A stretch of 64,000 nt of DNA from Daphnia carinata. Lineage: Eukaryota. The stretch is taken from contig NC_081332.1 of NCBI RefSeq assembly GCF_022539665.2, positions 4,588,001 through 4,652,000 on the forward strand, in the 5' to 3' direction. Below, one piece after another: positions 14,335 to 28,600 of this stretch (position 1 is the stretch's first letter; every line of letters begins with the position of its first letter). Under the pieces are notes generated by a model. It did no database searches and had not been told where the DNA came from. It was given only the letters and a program-made list of their open reading frames with translations. Both the position numbers and the translations under genes were made by a program.

Positions 14335-16078
14335 CAAAAAGAAGCGAACAGAAAAGAAAAATAAAACCTATTTAAAAAATCATCGAGTTAAATCGAGCGA
14401 CGTGGCAGACGCCGTCCTTTATCTGTTCTCGAGTGGGAGTAGATCTAATCGAATCCTAAAGAGCTTATTAGGATCCATCTATTCATAAGTTTAGTGACGA
14501 CAAAAAAATTTGACTCGTTTTCTTTTCTGCTCAAATGTTTAAAGCGACTAGAAACGAGATCATACAATAACAATGCAAGAAAACGTGACGGAATAAAAGA
14601 CGCCAATAACATCCGTCCCTTCCTAAAATCCCATCTGCATATACCGTCTTGTATTTATTGATGGAGGAGGAAAACAAGAGACAACAACAAAAGAAAACAA
14701 AACAAAAAAAAAAAAAAAAGTATAAAATATAAAAATAAAAAAAATAAAAAAGGGACGCGTTTGAAAGAACCAAACTTTCTCGAATCCTATTGTGTCAATT
14801 GAGAGACGATAGTCGCCCCTTTTCCAGGGAAAGAGGCGCGACAATCAACTGAAATGAGATGTCATATTTGAAGAGTAGTTTTTTTTTAATAGGAAAAAAA
14901 AAGAGAATGGGCGCTTGCTTATATTATTTTAGTCCGTACTGACTAAAAAGAAAAAAAAAAATAAATGCTGAAGCAAACAAATTTCTTCAAAAAAAAAAAA
15001 AAATAATATTCAAAAACAGAGAGCGAGAGAGAGAGAGAGAGAGAGACGTTCAGGTCGAGCTGTTTATCAAGAAGTGAACAGAAATAAGAGAGGCTAGAAT
15101 AATAATAGACAAGAAAAGAAAAACGTGGCTCTTCCCCTCTGTGTATGTGTGTGTGTGTCTCCTTTTGCACACATGTTTTCCACGTCATTGTTACCGTGTC
15201 ACCTCATCTGCCTCGCCATTCGAACGTGAGTGGCGACGACAACGTGGGGCTACGACAAAAAAAAAAAATAAAATAAAAAATAAGGGAAATGGTTATCATC
15301 ATGGCACGACGATGACGTTCAACTTTTTTCTCTCCCTTCCTCTTCGTCTGTTACCAGGAAAAGAAAAACTCATCGAGTGTGTATGTGTTGATGACCTGCA
15401 CACACACACACACACACACACACACGTCTATTACGTCGCCTTTATTTGTTTCCCTATTTGTTTGAAGTTGTCGCTGTTCAATGACGATTCACATTTACAC
15501 AGATCCTCCCCTCTGCTTCCCAATTGACGTGCACTCTCATTCCAAATTGAAGGATAACACAAAAAAAAAAAAAAAATTAAAGCACAACATTTCACTCCGT
15601 CTCTACGTGCAAGATAAGAAGAAGAAGAAGCAGAAAAAAATCCTTTTTTAACGTTGCCTTTTGTTGTGCATGTCCTACATTTAAGCAGACCTTAGTGCTC
15701 GCATCCAATCACGAGTCATCCGACCGTGTTCATTAAGTTTACGACCGACGATGGAAGAGGGGCGAAAGAGAAGCACGGAAACGAGTAAAGAAGAAAAAAA
15801 AAAAAAAAGGGAGAAGAAGAAGTAATGCCCGCACGTACAGAAGAGAAATCCCCACACCGCCCCAGACGGTTGACGGAATTCTCAGCGTCTCCCTCCGCTC
15901 CTCACTCCGATCTGCGCTCGCCCTCGTCCCTCACACTTTGATGTTGCCACACCGATCTTGTAGCTGCACTTGTTCAAGCATTCAAAAACGACAAGAAAGG
16001 GGGGGAAGAGAGTTGCTACTTTCTATCGCGCTAAAATGGCTATTCCCGCATACGCACACGGCACAGACAGTCCGCTCG

Positions 16079-16114
<36 letters not shown>

Positions 16115-18350
16115 TCTCTCTCTTTTCAAGTGTTGACGTCGCTCGGGCGTGATTAAGTATAATCGCATCAGCCCCAACAGCTCCCCACCAACTATTGCCA
16201 AAAGGGCGTCTTCTTCCGCATCGCCTTTGAATGCCACCCGGCGATCTTTTCACGCAAAAACAACACAAAAATGAGAAGAAGAAGAAGAAGAAGAAGAAGT
16301 GTAGCTGTCGTGTTTAACCGAATTTAAACGATACACGAGGAATTGACGAGGCATCTTTTTTTTTTTTTTTTTTCTAAAGATGCATGCAATGTGGAGATCA
16401 ATTTTTTTTTTTTTAGCTATCGCCTGATCTTCATCGCTATAGTCTCCAAGATATATTAGCCTACGCACAACACACACACAAAAAAAAAGGCCTTTTTGCT
16501 CTGGCGCTGATTGCCTTCTGGCACATGATTATTATTACAGATGGTGATTGCCTTGAATCGAGAAAAAAGAGAACATCAGTGAAGAGGAAGAAAGGAAAAA
16601 AAAAAAAAGGGGGGAAAGGCAAAATAATCTAGGAGAACATACAGATTGGCCTTGAGGCTATCTGCCTCATTCTCAAACTGAAATTCAATTACAATCTCTC
16701 GTTTTCTTTTTTTTTTATCAAACGTACAAGGTTGCGTTTCTTTCACGTGCAGACCCAACACACGAAAAATTCCCTCTCTCCATCTGCCCATCCATCGCAT
16801 TCATTGTTTTTTTTTTTTTATTTCACGTTATTATCATTTCTGTTTAATTGACTGAAGACTGGGGAAGGAAAAAAAAAAGAAAAAGAAATGAAGTCAATCG
16901 GATTGGCGGCCGAGAAACTCAAACGAAGTTGAAGGTAACCATAGCAACGGACGCCACGGACCGGTAGCGCATCCCTAAATCTTACAGGTGGCGTTTCTTT
17001 TTGCTAACATAGCGTTTTGTTTTGTTTTGTTTTTTCTTCTCATTCTTTCCTTCCATGCCCCTTTTTTTTTACGTATCGCATTAAATAAAATATAAAAAAA
17101 AAAACACCCAAGTCGACCAGCTGTTTGAACGCAAGTCGCCGCCGCCAATGCCGCCGCCGTCGCGCCATTGGTCGCTGATGGCCGCCCCAGGTGATGATTA
17201 CCGCATTAGGTAGCCCTATATAACGCGTCCAGTAGCAGGTTCCCCCCCCCCCTCTCATCTTCCTCTCTTTTTTTTTTTTTTTTTTTGTTCCCCCTAAATA
17301 TATATATAGAAACAAAAAACGTTTGGTCTTCTTTTTTGATGCCCGCGCGTCCATCGTAAAAAATAATTTAAAATGCTCCCGCCGTCAATTTTTGTTTTTG
17401 ATGGCCCTTCTTTTTTTTTTTTTTTTTTTTTTTGTGGCCCCGGTCGAAGGTATTATACAATACAAAAAAGAAGAAGGGATAGATATTTAAAACAGGATAG
17501 ATACTGACTATGCTCACTCTGTCTATACAGAATAATAAGACCCTAAAAAATGAAAATAAAAAGATGCGAGCTCTATATATTTTTCTCGGTACTATGCAAC
17601 CACCAGTGGCGACGACCGTGGTGGGAAAAGAAATTTCAAACGTTATTTTATTTTCGGAAGAGGGGAGGGTTCTGTAAGAAAGAAGAAAAAAGATGAAAAA
17701 AAAATAATAATTGAAGACGTTAATGAAGTCAGCAACAGGCAACGGCGGCTGCGAAGGAGGGTCCATATAGTAGACGCAGAGGCGATCATTAAATAAATAA
17801 AAAAAAACTTTCTTCTTCAGGAGCTATTGCAACACACGAGGTGGTCCTCACGCACGACACAATAAATTCATGAGGGTGTAGACCCTCTCGAAACAGCGTC
17901 GAACTAAAGTCTCTTTTGTTTTCTGCGTGCGTTCAAATAAAAAGGGAGAGAGAAAAAAAACAAAACAAGTTCAGTCACAGTAGTTTTTTCTTCCCCCCTC
18001 TAAACAAACTCGATATGTAAAAAGAGGAGAAGAAAAAAAAAAGAAGTGGACAACAGTAGTTGGAAAAAAAAAAAAAAGAAGAAAAAAACTCGACTCGTTC
18101 AACAGGTTTCAACCAATTCCGACGATGCCGCCATACCTATTTGTTTGCTTGGTTGGTTGGTGGTTATCTCTTTTGAAACTCTTTCGACTACTTTTCGACA
18201 CACGAACACGAGGAGGAGGAGGAGGAGGAGGACGAAGAAAAATACCAACAAAAAAAATTATTATATTTTCATACAAAAAAGAAAAAAAAAAAAAAAAGGT
18301 CACTTCCTTATTTCACCAGTAGTCGTTCTACTGTGGGTTGTATACATGAC

Positions 18351-18385
<35 letters not shown>

Positions 18386-21300
18386 AGAAACGGTTTTAAG
18401 TCAAGCATTCGAGTTGATGCTCAATAGCAATTAGCCAGTCAAGTCACGCCTGATCATTTCGGTTGGCCCTTTTTTTTTTTATGTAATATTTAAAAAGAAA
18501 AAGAAAAAGAAAAAAAAAAAGTTAAGTATCTGGTCGTCTTTTGTCTTGTGATCGACACACACACGCACACACACAGCGGCGGTCGTTTCCTTTTTTCTTT
18601 TTGCTCCTATCGTTCAAATAACCCGCCTCGTATTAAGATAATATTTACAGGTATTAGTAGATACTAGGAAAACATACTTCTGAAAACCGGGGGCGAAAAA
18701 AAAAAAAAATTTAATTTAATAAGTGTTGCAACTGTGGAATTTCTTCTACTTGACTCAACCAGTTTTTTTGTTTGTTGTTTTTTTTTTCTCAATCGTTTGT
18801 TATGTTTGAAGAAATGTGTTCGACTCTATTGCATTTCATTAAAAGCGTAGCACTTTCGATTCATATCAAATCATCAAACGGGATTTGAAATTTAACCAAA
18901 AAAAAATGTGCATTACAGTTAAAAAAAAAAAAAAGAAAAAAAGAAAAAAAAAAAGGCCATCGTATGTGATAATATGTAAGATACGCTTGGTTAATAACAA
19001 CAAAAGCTTTTTCCTCCTGTATTGTTTAAATGTTAGGAGGGGGAAAAATAGAAGAGAAGAGGTAAGAAAACGCGACCGCTATGCGCAAACGAGCCACATA
19101 CATTGCGCAATTGAAAAGAAGTTGACATCAGAGACCCGATATTGCAAACCTACGCGCTCCACATATTATGCAAATGCCGTTGCGTCTATGGTGATGCGCT
19201 GGCGCTCATTTCGCAGTTGTCCCCCCCCCCCCCTCCTGTACTTTTCACACTCGGGCGCTTCGGGTTTTTTTTTTTTTTTTTTTTTTACCGCACGATGAAC
19301 GACACCCCACACAACTCGCATGACAATCACGCAACCCCCCCCCAGACCTTCCCCTTCTACTGTTTTCAACCCCCCCCTTTTTTTTTTATTTAAAAAAACC
19401 CAATGGATGCGTATTGTATATACAAAAAAAAAAAGAAGTCTGAACTATTATTATGCAGAATAGAAGAAAATGATGGCAGTCCCCCCCCCCCCCCCCCCAC
19501 TTTCCCCTCTCTCTCCCTCACTGGGGGTTACCATGAGATCGGTTCTCTTCCCTTTATTTTTCTCGTCCCATTGTTTTCAGTTCTATAGTTACCAGTAACA
19601 CACAGAGCGGCGTCGGCACAAACTCTTTCCTTCGCAAAGCATATCGAGTTAATGAAGCCCTTTCAAAACCGATTCTTTTCTCTTTTACCTTTTTTTTTTT
19701 TTTTTTTAATTTCAAAAAGAAAAAAAAATTAGAATCAAAGAGAACACACGGCAGCAGCTACCTTACATAACCCCCCCTCTGGTGTGTGTGTGTGTGTGTG
19801 GCTATATGATCTGATGCCCCCTTTTGCCTATAGGTGTGTGTACCTTCGTATACAAGTCTATGCAAATCAACGGGCGGTCCAACACTTTTTGCTCCGCACT
19901 AACACGGTTTAATTTTCCCTTCTCCTATCTCTAAACAAGAAAAAAAAAGCGAAGGGCTTTTGAAGTGACCGTAAAGTTGAAACAGCCTATATAATAGTCC
20001 AGGTGAACGAAAGAAAAAAAAAAAAAAAAAGAAAAAGAAAAAATCTAATCTATATAATATACAACGTCCGGGAGAAAGTAGATTACATTAACGTCTATCA
20101 GTCGCAAGCAATCGATTGAACTATTAGCCTGAGGCGATCAGATGACTGTTAAGAGAGAGTGCCGAATGTTGCAGCGACCAGCTCTTACATAATAACAATA
20201 ATAAACATTTTAAAAGAAAGAAGGGGGGAAAAAAAACGGGACTACTATATCAGCTGCTTTAGAGCTCTCCAAAAAAGCTAATTAGCCAGATGGCCGTTAA
20301 AAACTGGTTAGGAAGAAGAAAAAGGAGAAGAAGAAGAAGAAGAAGAGAAGAAAAAAAAAAAAATAAATAAAATAAAGTCTTCGGCTGGTGGTTGATGGAG
20401 GATTTAGAAAACAACATTTCAAACATGATGAACATCTTTTCTTTCAAAGAAGGAAAGAATATTGTGCTCCGCAGAGTTAAAGAAAAAAATGGACGGAGCA
20501 TCGTCAGCAAAAAATGTACCCATCCAAAACGTGGGGCGAAAGAAGCGGTCGCACATAAAATAAGACACAAAAGAGCGAGAGAAAGAAATATATGCACACT
20601 GTACAATAACAGCAGGAACGCCGTTAAAAAAAAAAAAAAAATGTATAATAATAATAATAATAGACGTGTTTGTGTGGAACAAACCAACCAGTCTAAAGGG
20701 AGAAAAAAAAAATAAATATTTACGCAGCGACAAAAATAAATTTAAAAAATACCGAGAAAAAAGAACAAAATCAATTCATAGAAATGTCTCTCCGATACAT
20801 ATTGAGCCTGCCGTATTTCAATACGAAAAAATAGAACGCTTTCGATACATAAAAGTTGGCAGCCTAACCCAGACTCGAACCTCAGGTCGTACATTACAAA
20901 CGGCGACACCACCAGAGTGGCCTATCCTATATTTTCCTCGTGTTTGGCTGCAACTCAGGTATACACACACGTACGCCCAAGTAAGATCTTTTCTTCTACT
21001 GTTGTCTCTTTTTTTTTTTTTTTTTTTTTTTCTTCTTCTTCTTTCAGCTATAAATATCCCAACTTCGTTTGCCCATCTTTTTTTTTCTTCCTATTTTATC
21101 CTGACAAGTCTCGCAAGAAAACTCGCCGAGAGGGGCGTGTTATCTGTCCCATAAGTCCGCCCCAAATGGCCGCTACCGAACACGCCTCCCCTGCCGCTTT
21201 TTTTTTTTTTTCTCTCTCTCAAAATCTTCGCCACTGTTATCGCTCTTTTAACCTTTTAACTAAATATTTTGTTCCAACAGCTACCGGCAGAGATATTCAA

Positions 21301-21765
21301 TTGCAATCGTACAGGCAGATGCATCTTTAAACGCTCACGTCCATTTTTTTATTTTTCTCAGAGAAGAGCAAAAACGCAAATCAAGGAAATGTCATCGTTA
21401 TCAAGTACTCGAAAAATATTTTGATAAAAAATACTAATTCAAACAGGAGAAAATTTTAAGAAAAAAGAAAAGAAAACGAGAGCCGGGACACGGTCCTTTT
21501 GAAATTTGCAACCTGTTTTCGGGGAGGGGGGGTTTTGTTTTTTTCCGGTCAGCTGGAATAATGCAGAGAGAAAAGGGTGGGAAGGTTGATTATAACGGAA
21601 AGAATAAGATTGGTGTGTGATTTCTTCTTTATTGTTTATATTACGAATGACGAGATTGTGTTCAAAGCGATTGTGCAGCCGGATCCATTTCCAACCGATT
21701 TTTTTCCGTTCGTCACGGGTGTTGACTTTCCCGTTTCACCCCCCCCCCCCCCCCCCCAAAAAAAT

Positions 21766-21807
<42 letters not shown>

Positions 21808-22386
21808 GAAAGAAAGCAATGACTCTCCTCTACCCCCCCCCCCTCACCGTCTTCCACTACGCATCCATTTTTCCCTATATATATATATTAAAAAAAAAAA
21901 AAAAGGAATAATAATATTCTACTTATACATCAAAATCAACCTTGCATAACTAACGTAAGCCGATATGGTCGAAACCTCACGGCTGATGTTCGGAAAGTAT
22001 GAACCGTGAGCTTGCAACATAGCAGCTATATACAGGAGGGGGGGGTAATATACAATTACCGATCGTGTTTTGTTTACATTTTTTGTTTTTCTTCCTACGT
22101 ACAAAAAGAAAAAGAAGAAGAGGGGGGTATCGCATGATGCCCTTCCGAGTATGACCGACGTACTTACCACTACGGTAGTAAAGCGCTACTGAAGGCCGAC
22201 CTGCTGTTCCTGTGAAACTTTTTCAAATATATGCGTACATACATTTATACGATTTTCTTTCTTTCCGTGTGCGCCTACTTCGACACCCCCCGCTATTCTA
22301 TTTGTTTATTCCCATTTCTCTTTTTGAGCTTTTCATTTCTCGGTGGTATGCCATCAGGTGGCGGTCGTCGAAGCATCAAAGTGTAG

Positions 22387-22429
<43 letters not shown>

Positions 22430-24307
22430 GGGGGGGGGGGAGACGGAAAAAAAAAAGAAATACAGAAGAAAAAAATTTGTTTGTTTTGATCGGTAGTGGA
22501 TTGCATGACTCGGTTGAATGTGCGCGGCTCAAGTCAAGGCCCCTTTCCGTTTCCATCCGTTCTAACCCTCAAAAATGTTTATACACTCATCCGACCAGGC
22601 ATAAGCTCTTCCATCATCAACGTAGAGCCTACCTTTATTGTGTGCGCTCTCGCGCCTCTCACCTGCAAACAATAAACAGAAAATTCCCCCCCACTCCCCC
22701 ACCCCGCACAAGAGATGTTGAACTACAGGACGAAAACAAAAGCGTTCGTTCTCTTACGTTTCACCGGAAATTACGCAACTAAATCTCAGACGATCTTACA
22801 GTCGACAGCCGACCAAAAAAAAAAACATTAAATTTCGTTCTTCGACCAAGCGTCTCGTTTCTCTTAGAAGAAATAAAAATTCATTTGAATGATAAACATT
22901 CATCACGAAAAAAAAAAAAAAAAAAAAAAAACGTTTAACAAAATGGGGGATACATAGCAAAGATACGTGTAGCGTCCCTTTTTTTTTTAGCCCATCTGCC
23001 GAATGAAAAATCTCGGTAGCAACGTTCAACGTCGTTTATCACACGATGGACGCAAGCGAGTTTTTAGAAATTTCAACGCATGAACAAGTTGACTCGTTTC
23101 CAAGGACCTCTTAAGAAAAAAAAAAAATAATAAAACTGCTTTTTTTTTTTCTTCTTCTCCTGTGTTTTGTACTTGACTTTTCACCGACCTCTTCGGATTG
23201 AACGCGTGTCCGGCCTTTTCTCCAGCTCCCCCCCCCCCCCTCCCCCTTAAAATAAATCTCGTATACATATTTTCTCTATACGTAAGTACAAGCAGCGTCA
23301 TACACAAACGAAGTAATGCCCGTTTTTTTTTTTTCTTTCTCGGTGAATGTGTGGAAGAATTATCGTTTTTCTCTCTCTCGCTTTTCGGGACACGAATTTC
23401 TTGTACGTTCCACTTGAAAAGACAGGAAGTTCTTTAGCCGATACATACGTGATTCATTTCACCTGCTGTTCGGCTCATTGCGACGCGGACCAAGCGCCTT
23501 TCCTCTCGCTCTATACAATATGGATATAATGCATTTACGTTTTTCGTTCGTTTTCTTTCGCCCCCCCACCCCCTTTTTTTTTTTTTTTTTTCTTTCAAAA
23601 ACTCCTCCCCATCTTTCTGTCTCTTTTCTTGGCTTCTTTTCAAACCATCATTCAGATTTAGAGGGTAATAAAAATTAATGGACACTGGAGGCTCTCTCTA
23701 TAAATACCGACCAAAAATTTTTCGTTTTTTCCCGTCGTATTTATCAGATTTTTTTCTTTTCTTCATTTGTCCCATTTTTTTTTTTTTTTTTTCGTTACCA
23801 AAAGAAATAATATGAAAAAGGCCGCCAAAGATTCAACTACATCAACGCTCGGGGAAAACTTCAAAAACGCCAGGAAAAAAAAAAAATGGTTAATGAAAAG
23901 AAGAAGAAAAATTGTAATAAATTGCGTGGAGCCCCCCCGCTTTCATTCGCTCACGTTCTTCATCGAATACAACTGAACTATTGACGAGCGTCCGCCCTTC
24001 GGACAAAAACCGACGCCGGCCATTGGAAAAAAAAAAATGCGTTAAAACAAAAGCGATACCGGGTGCGGCACCAGCGCGTCTTATCAAGTTCAATTATTTC
24101 GTTTCACAATCCAAAAACCTACTGTCTTTAAAAGACCATTCTGGGGCTTTGAAAAAAAAAAAAAAAATGCACGTATGAGCAAGTAAAAAAAAAAAAAAAA
24201 AAAAAAGCGGCAACGCAATAACCAAAAAAAAAAAAAAAAACGAAGTGGCCTTTTTTTTTTTTTTTTATCTATGAGCTCTACTGTAAGGCTGTAAATCACA
24301 TTTCTTT

Positions 24308-24341
<34 letters not shown>

Positions 24342-25625
24342 TATTTCTTTTTCCTTCCTCCTACCTTTTTTTTTCTTCTTCTTCTTTAACACGCTGTAAA
24401 GTGCGAGTGTTGGCCGTAAATCAAACACCCCGGTAAGCGACTGAGACACAGCGTTGCCACGCTAGCCACCGTTTTTTTTTTTTTTTCTTTTACCAGAAAG
24501 GCCATATGGAAAAAGAGTTTTGAAAAAAGAAAAGTAGCGGTGGCGGCATAGGGTATTGTTACACACGTCTTGTGTTTATGATGATGATTGGAACAACCTT
24601 AGCCAATCACCTTATTACGAGCAAAACCAGCCTTTTTTTGTGTGTGTGTGTGTGTGTGTCTGTCCGCCGCCAAATTCCATCCGTTTTTTCCCCTTCTTTA
24701 GATTGATCCCGAAAATGGTTTCAAATTATTATTTTCTTTTTTTTTCTTAAGAAACAAGGTAATAATGTGAGTGAATCAAGGTATGATCAAAGAATGATTA
24801 AACATGGAAAATGAGCGCTTGGTTCATCGATTTTGTTTCGTTTTTTTTTTTTCTTTCAAACTAAAAAAGGGTGGGAACGACGCAAAAGGTGAGCGCACGT
24901 AATTAAACTGATAACACTAACGCCAAACTAAAGATTACGCGACTCTCCATCTTGAACAAACGAAAAAAAAAAAAAAAATAATAAGGAGGCGCCCATTAAG
25001 TGGAGAGATGCGAAGACGAACGGATAAGTCAAGTAGAAAAGGGGGGAAAAAAAGAGGGAGATAAATACAAGTGTATACGATATACAAACGAGACACAAAC
25101 ACGGCCTTGTGCGTGTTAATAGTCGTTTGGAGTGACAAGCAAGAGGATCGAAATAGAAGCAAATTTTGAAGGGCACCAGTATTGTTTGAAATGCAACATG
25201 AAAACACCGAAGCTACATTTGACTATTAGTGAATAGACTAACGTCAATTTCCACTCCATCGACAAGACGTTTCAAGAGTCCAAAAGAGGAAAACAACAAA
25301 ATTCGTTTAGAGCATCAAAATGTGTTTTGTTTTTCTTCCTATTAAATAAAAGGGGAAATCCGGTTGCCAGAGCAGAGCCGTTTTGTGTTAAAAAAAAGTA
25401 GAAACAGATCGAACAACATTTGGCAAGGTTATCGGAGGCAACTTCGTGCAAGATATTTGCGGGTTGCGGAACACGAAAAATGTGTGAGTTAAAACCTGCG
25501 CCATAATTCTCCCCTCGGTCTCACTCGTCTCCTCAGTGTTTTGTCGTATAATTTTCAACTACAGCAGTTAACGATGGCCAGAAGCGCCGGCCGTACACAT
25601 CAAACAAACGTCGGTGTGTGTTCAG

Positions 25626-25660
<35 letters not shown>

Positions 25661-28600
25661 TGGCTTGCCGTATATGTTAATAGCCAAAACCAGTACCGGT
25701 TAAATGAGGGGAAAGAGCCATAAATCATCAATGGGTTTCGACGATACTTAAAAGTTCCGCCATTTTCTTATCTTTTTCTTTTCTCTCTTTTTAAAATTTC
25801 AAAAGAATTTCCCTCCCTCAAGAAAAAAAACTTTGATTTCTTTCAATCGGAAGAAGAAGCCAAGGTTTTTCTATTTCACCACATATTACCCACACACCCT
25901 GCCTTCGATATCATGCTCGCATTGTACCTCCCTTTATCGCAGTTGTACGCACACAACGAAAAAAGTAAAAAACTTTTCCGAGCTCGGCAAAATCAATTAT
26001 CAACCCAAAGATCGCCAGCTTCTCCTTCTCATTAGAACGAAACTCCCAGTCTTGTTTCTTCTTCTACTCAAGAATGTAATTGGCTATATCTATACCAACT
26101 CTACCCTTCCGGAGTTTCCAAAAAAAAAAAAAAAAAAAAAAAAACGAAACTTTTTCTTTCTTTTCCCCGGCCAGAAGGCCGAAAGGTACATCAGAAAATG
26201 TGTTCCAACTTTATTTCGTCTTCCATCTAGCACGTCCCCCTCCCCCTTTTTTTTTCTCTAAAACTAAAACCGAACAATTGAACAGTCTATCGATCGATCG
26301 TTTCATAAATTAAAGTTTGTTTTTTTTTGTTTTTTTTTTCAAAACTACACTGCATCTGCCCTCTTTGTCTTTTTTTTATATATCATAAACTTTTCGATGA
26401 TGAAAAAAAAAGTTAATTGTACACTAGCGACATATTGGTATGTCGCCAATCAAGCGCACGTCTCTCGCATGTAACGAGAAATTGAAAAGAAAAGAAAAAG
26501 AACGTACATCCAAAACTACGACGTTGACTGTTCAAAACTTCAGTTTCTTTTGCTCCCCCCTCTTCAAAAATCAGTTTATAATGGCTGCCATTGATTTTTG
26601 TTGTCGTCTTTGTTTTGTTTTGTTTTTTTTCTCAGGTGCGCGTTTAAAAAAAAACAGGGGAGGAGGGGGGGAGAGCTCTCTTTTTCTTTTGGGGCGGATG
26701 GGTGGATAATTGGTGCAACTGGCTCTGTCACGAACGACACGTCAACGGAACATTACACATTGGCCATCATCACTGAGTGGATGGCGTCGAATCTATGGGA
26801 AAAAAGGAAAAAAAACACAGACCCACACGACGAAGAACAGAGTCGTTGATGATGATATGATGACAGTGTTTCGCCGTATTGTCGATGGCGACAGTCAGAC
26901 GGAAGTGGAAAGGGAAAAAAAAAAATAACGAAGAAAAAAAAATTCCATCACTGGAAATCTCTGACCCTCATCTTCATTTTTACCTTTTTTTTTTTGTGTG
27001 TGTGTGTGTATGTGTGTGTGTTGCTTTTATTAAATAAATATACCCACTACCTTCTTGGTATAGCCCTTCTCCTTCTCCCTTTTCCATCTTCAATTGGCAT
27101 CGCCGAAATGGCCAGAGCGACGGATAATTACGGTTATAACATTCGTTCCTCCGGTAGTATATATACAACTTGGCGGCGGCGGCGGCGGCGGCGATGGCGG
27201 CAGGGTCCCCCCCCCCCCCCTGTGGGCGTGGACGGAAGGCGGCGGCACCAAGAATCTCATCAAGAGATCGAGGCATTATTTTTCTCAGTTGATTCTTTTT
27301 CTTCATTCACGAGTCTACATGCCCTGCCTTCGTTCTTTTTTTTTTTTTTCATTCAAAATTACCTCATTCACGATACTTTTGACGGCATTGTTGTTGTTTT
27401 TTTCAACCTGTTGCGATCCCAAAGAGAAACAAAGCCCACAAAAACTGGCAACAGCGGAGTCGACTCGATAAGGTCATATCTCATTTTAGAAACATTTCCC
27501 TATTTTTTTATTATTGGATGAAAGGAAAAAAAAAAAAAAAAAGCAAAAAGGTAATAAGACAACAGCAACAAAAAAAAAAAATAGGAGACTGAAATGTCTG
27601 GTCGGTCAGTCAGTCCGACAGCAACGAAATTATCAAGTCAATATAAAAAAAAAAAACCCTGCTGATTACAAAAGTTTTATTGCAAGGGGTGATCGGCTTT
27701 AAAACTCGACCTCTATTATCGGGTCGAGCCGCTGTTGCTTGTCTTATTATTATATCTGTATTGGCGTCACATCGAGCTGTTCTCCCCCCCCCCCCTCCTG
27801 CTCACGTCTTTCAACATTCATTCCCGCACACAAAGCGTCCTCGTCTCGACTTCCCTTTCCCGTTTTTATGGTTTTATTGACCCCGTCATTTGCGTCGCTG
27901 ATCACACACACACGCATAGAGACAGACAGACCTTATGGTGCCATTATGGCGCACTTAAAAATGTAAAATAAAAGTTCGATCATTCAAACGGAACGTGGAA
28001 AAAAAAAAGCACACAAAGAAAAATCATTTGAAATGTAAAGAATGAAATAAAATATAAAAAATACGGGTCGCTCTCTCAAGAAGCCACATCTCTTTTCTCT
28101 CTCTCTCTCTCTCTTTTGATTCCGACACAATATCTACCTGTTGTTGCGATCGTAACCAACCGGACGAATAATAATATTCAGACCCTCATATAAAAAAAAT
28201 TTCGGAAAAAAAAAAAAAAAACTTTATTTTTTGGAGGGGTTGGGATGAGTCTTATCGCTATATGGTCGACGACGGGTCTTTTGCGGCGGCGGCGGCGGCG
28301 GCGGTAATCTTCAGAGGCGATCGGTAATTAAATTTCGCCGGTTAACGATCATTAAGCCGGGGCGCGATCAACCGCTCTCTCTCTCTCTCTCTCTGCTCGT
28401 TTATTACGTATGCATCAAACCAGGAGAAGCCGCACATCCCTCCGAGCCAAAAATAATATACAGACATATATAACGTTCGCTCGCGTTCGTCTCTCACTGC
28501 TTGCAATGGTTCTTCCTCGTCCCCCTCCTGTGTTTTTTTTTTCTATATGTGGTGTTCGTAATACCATAAACCGCTGTGGGAGTATTTATTTATTTTTTTT

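Noticed and set aside
20951..20970. CAACTCAGGTATA shared with 58261 as a dispersed repeat or element end
   Set aside because: It is a 13-bp match running into microsatellite with no extended similarity, compatible with chance.
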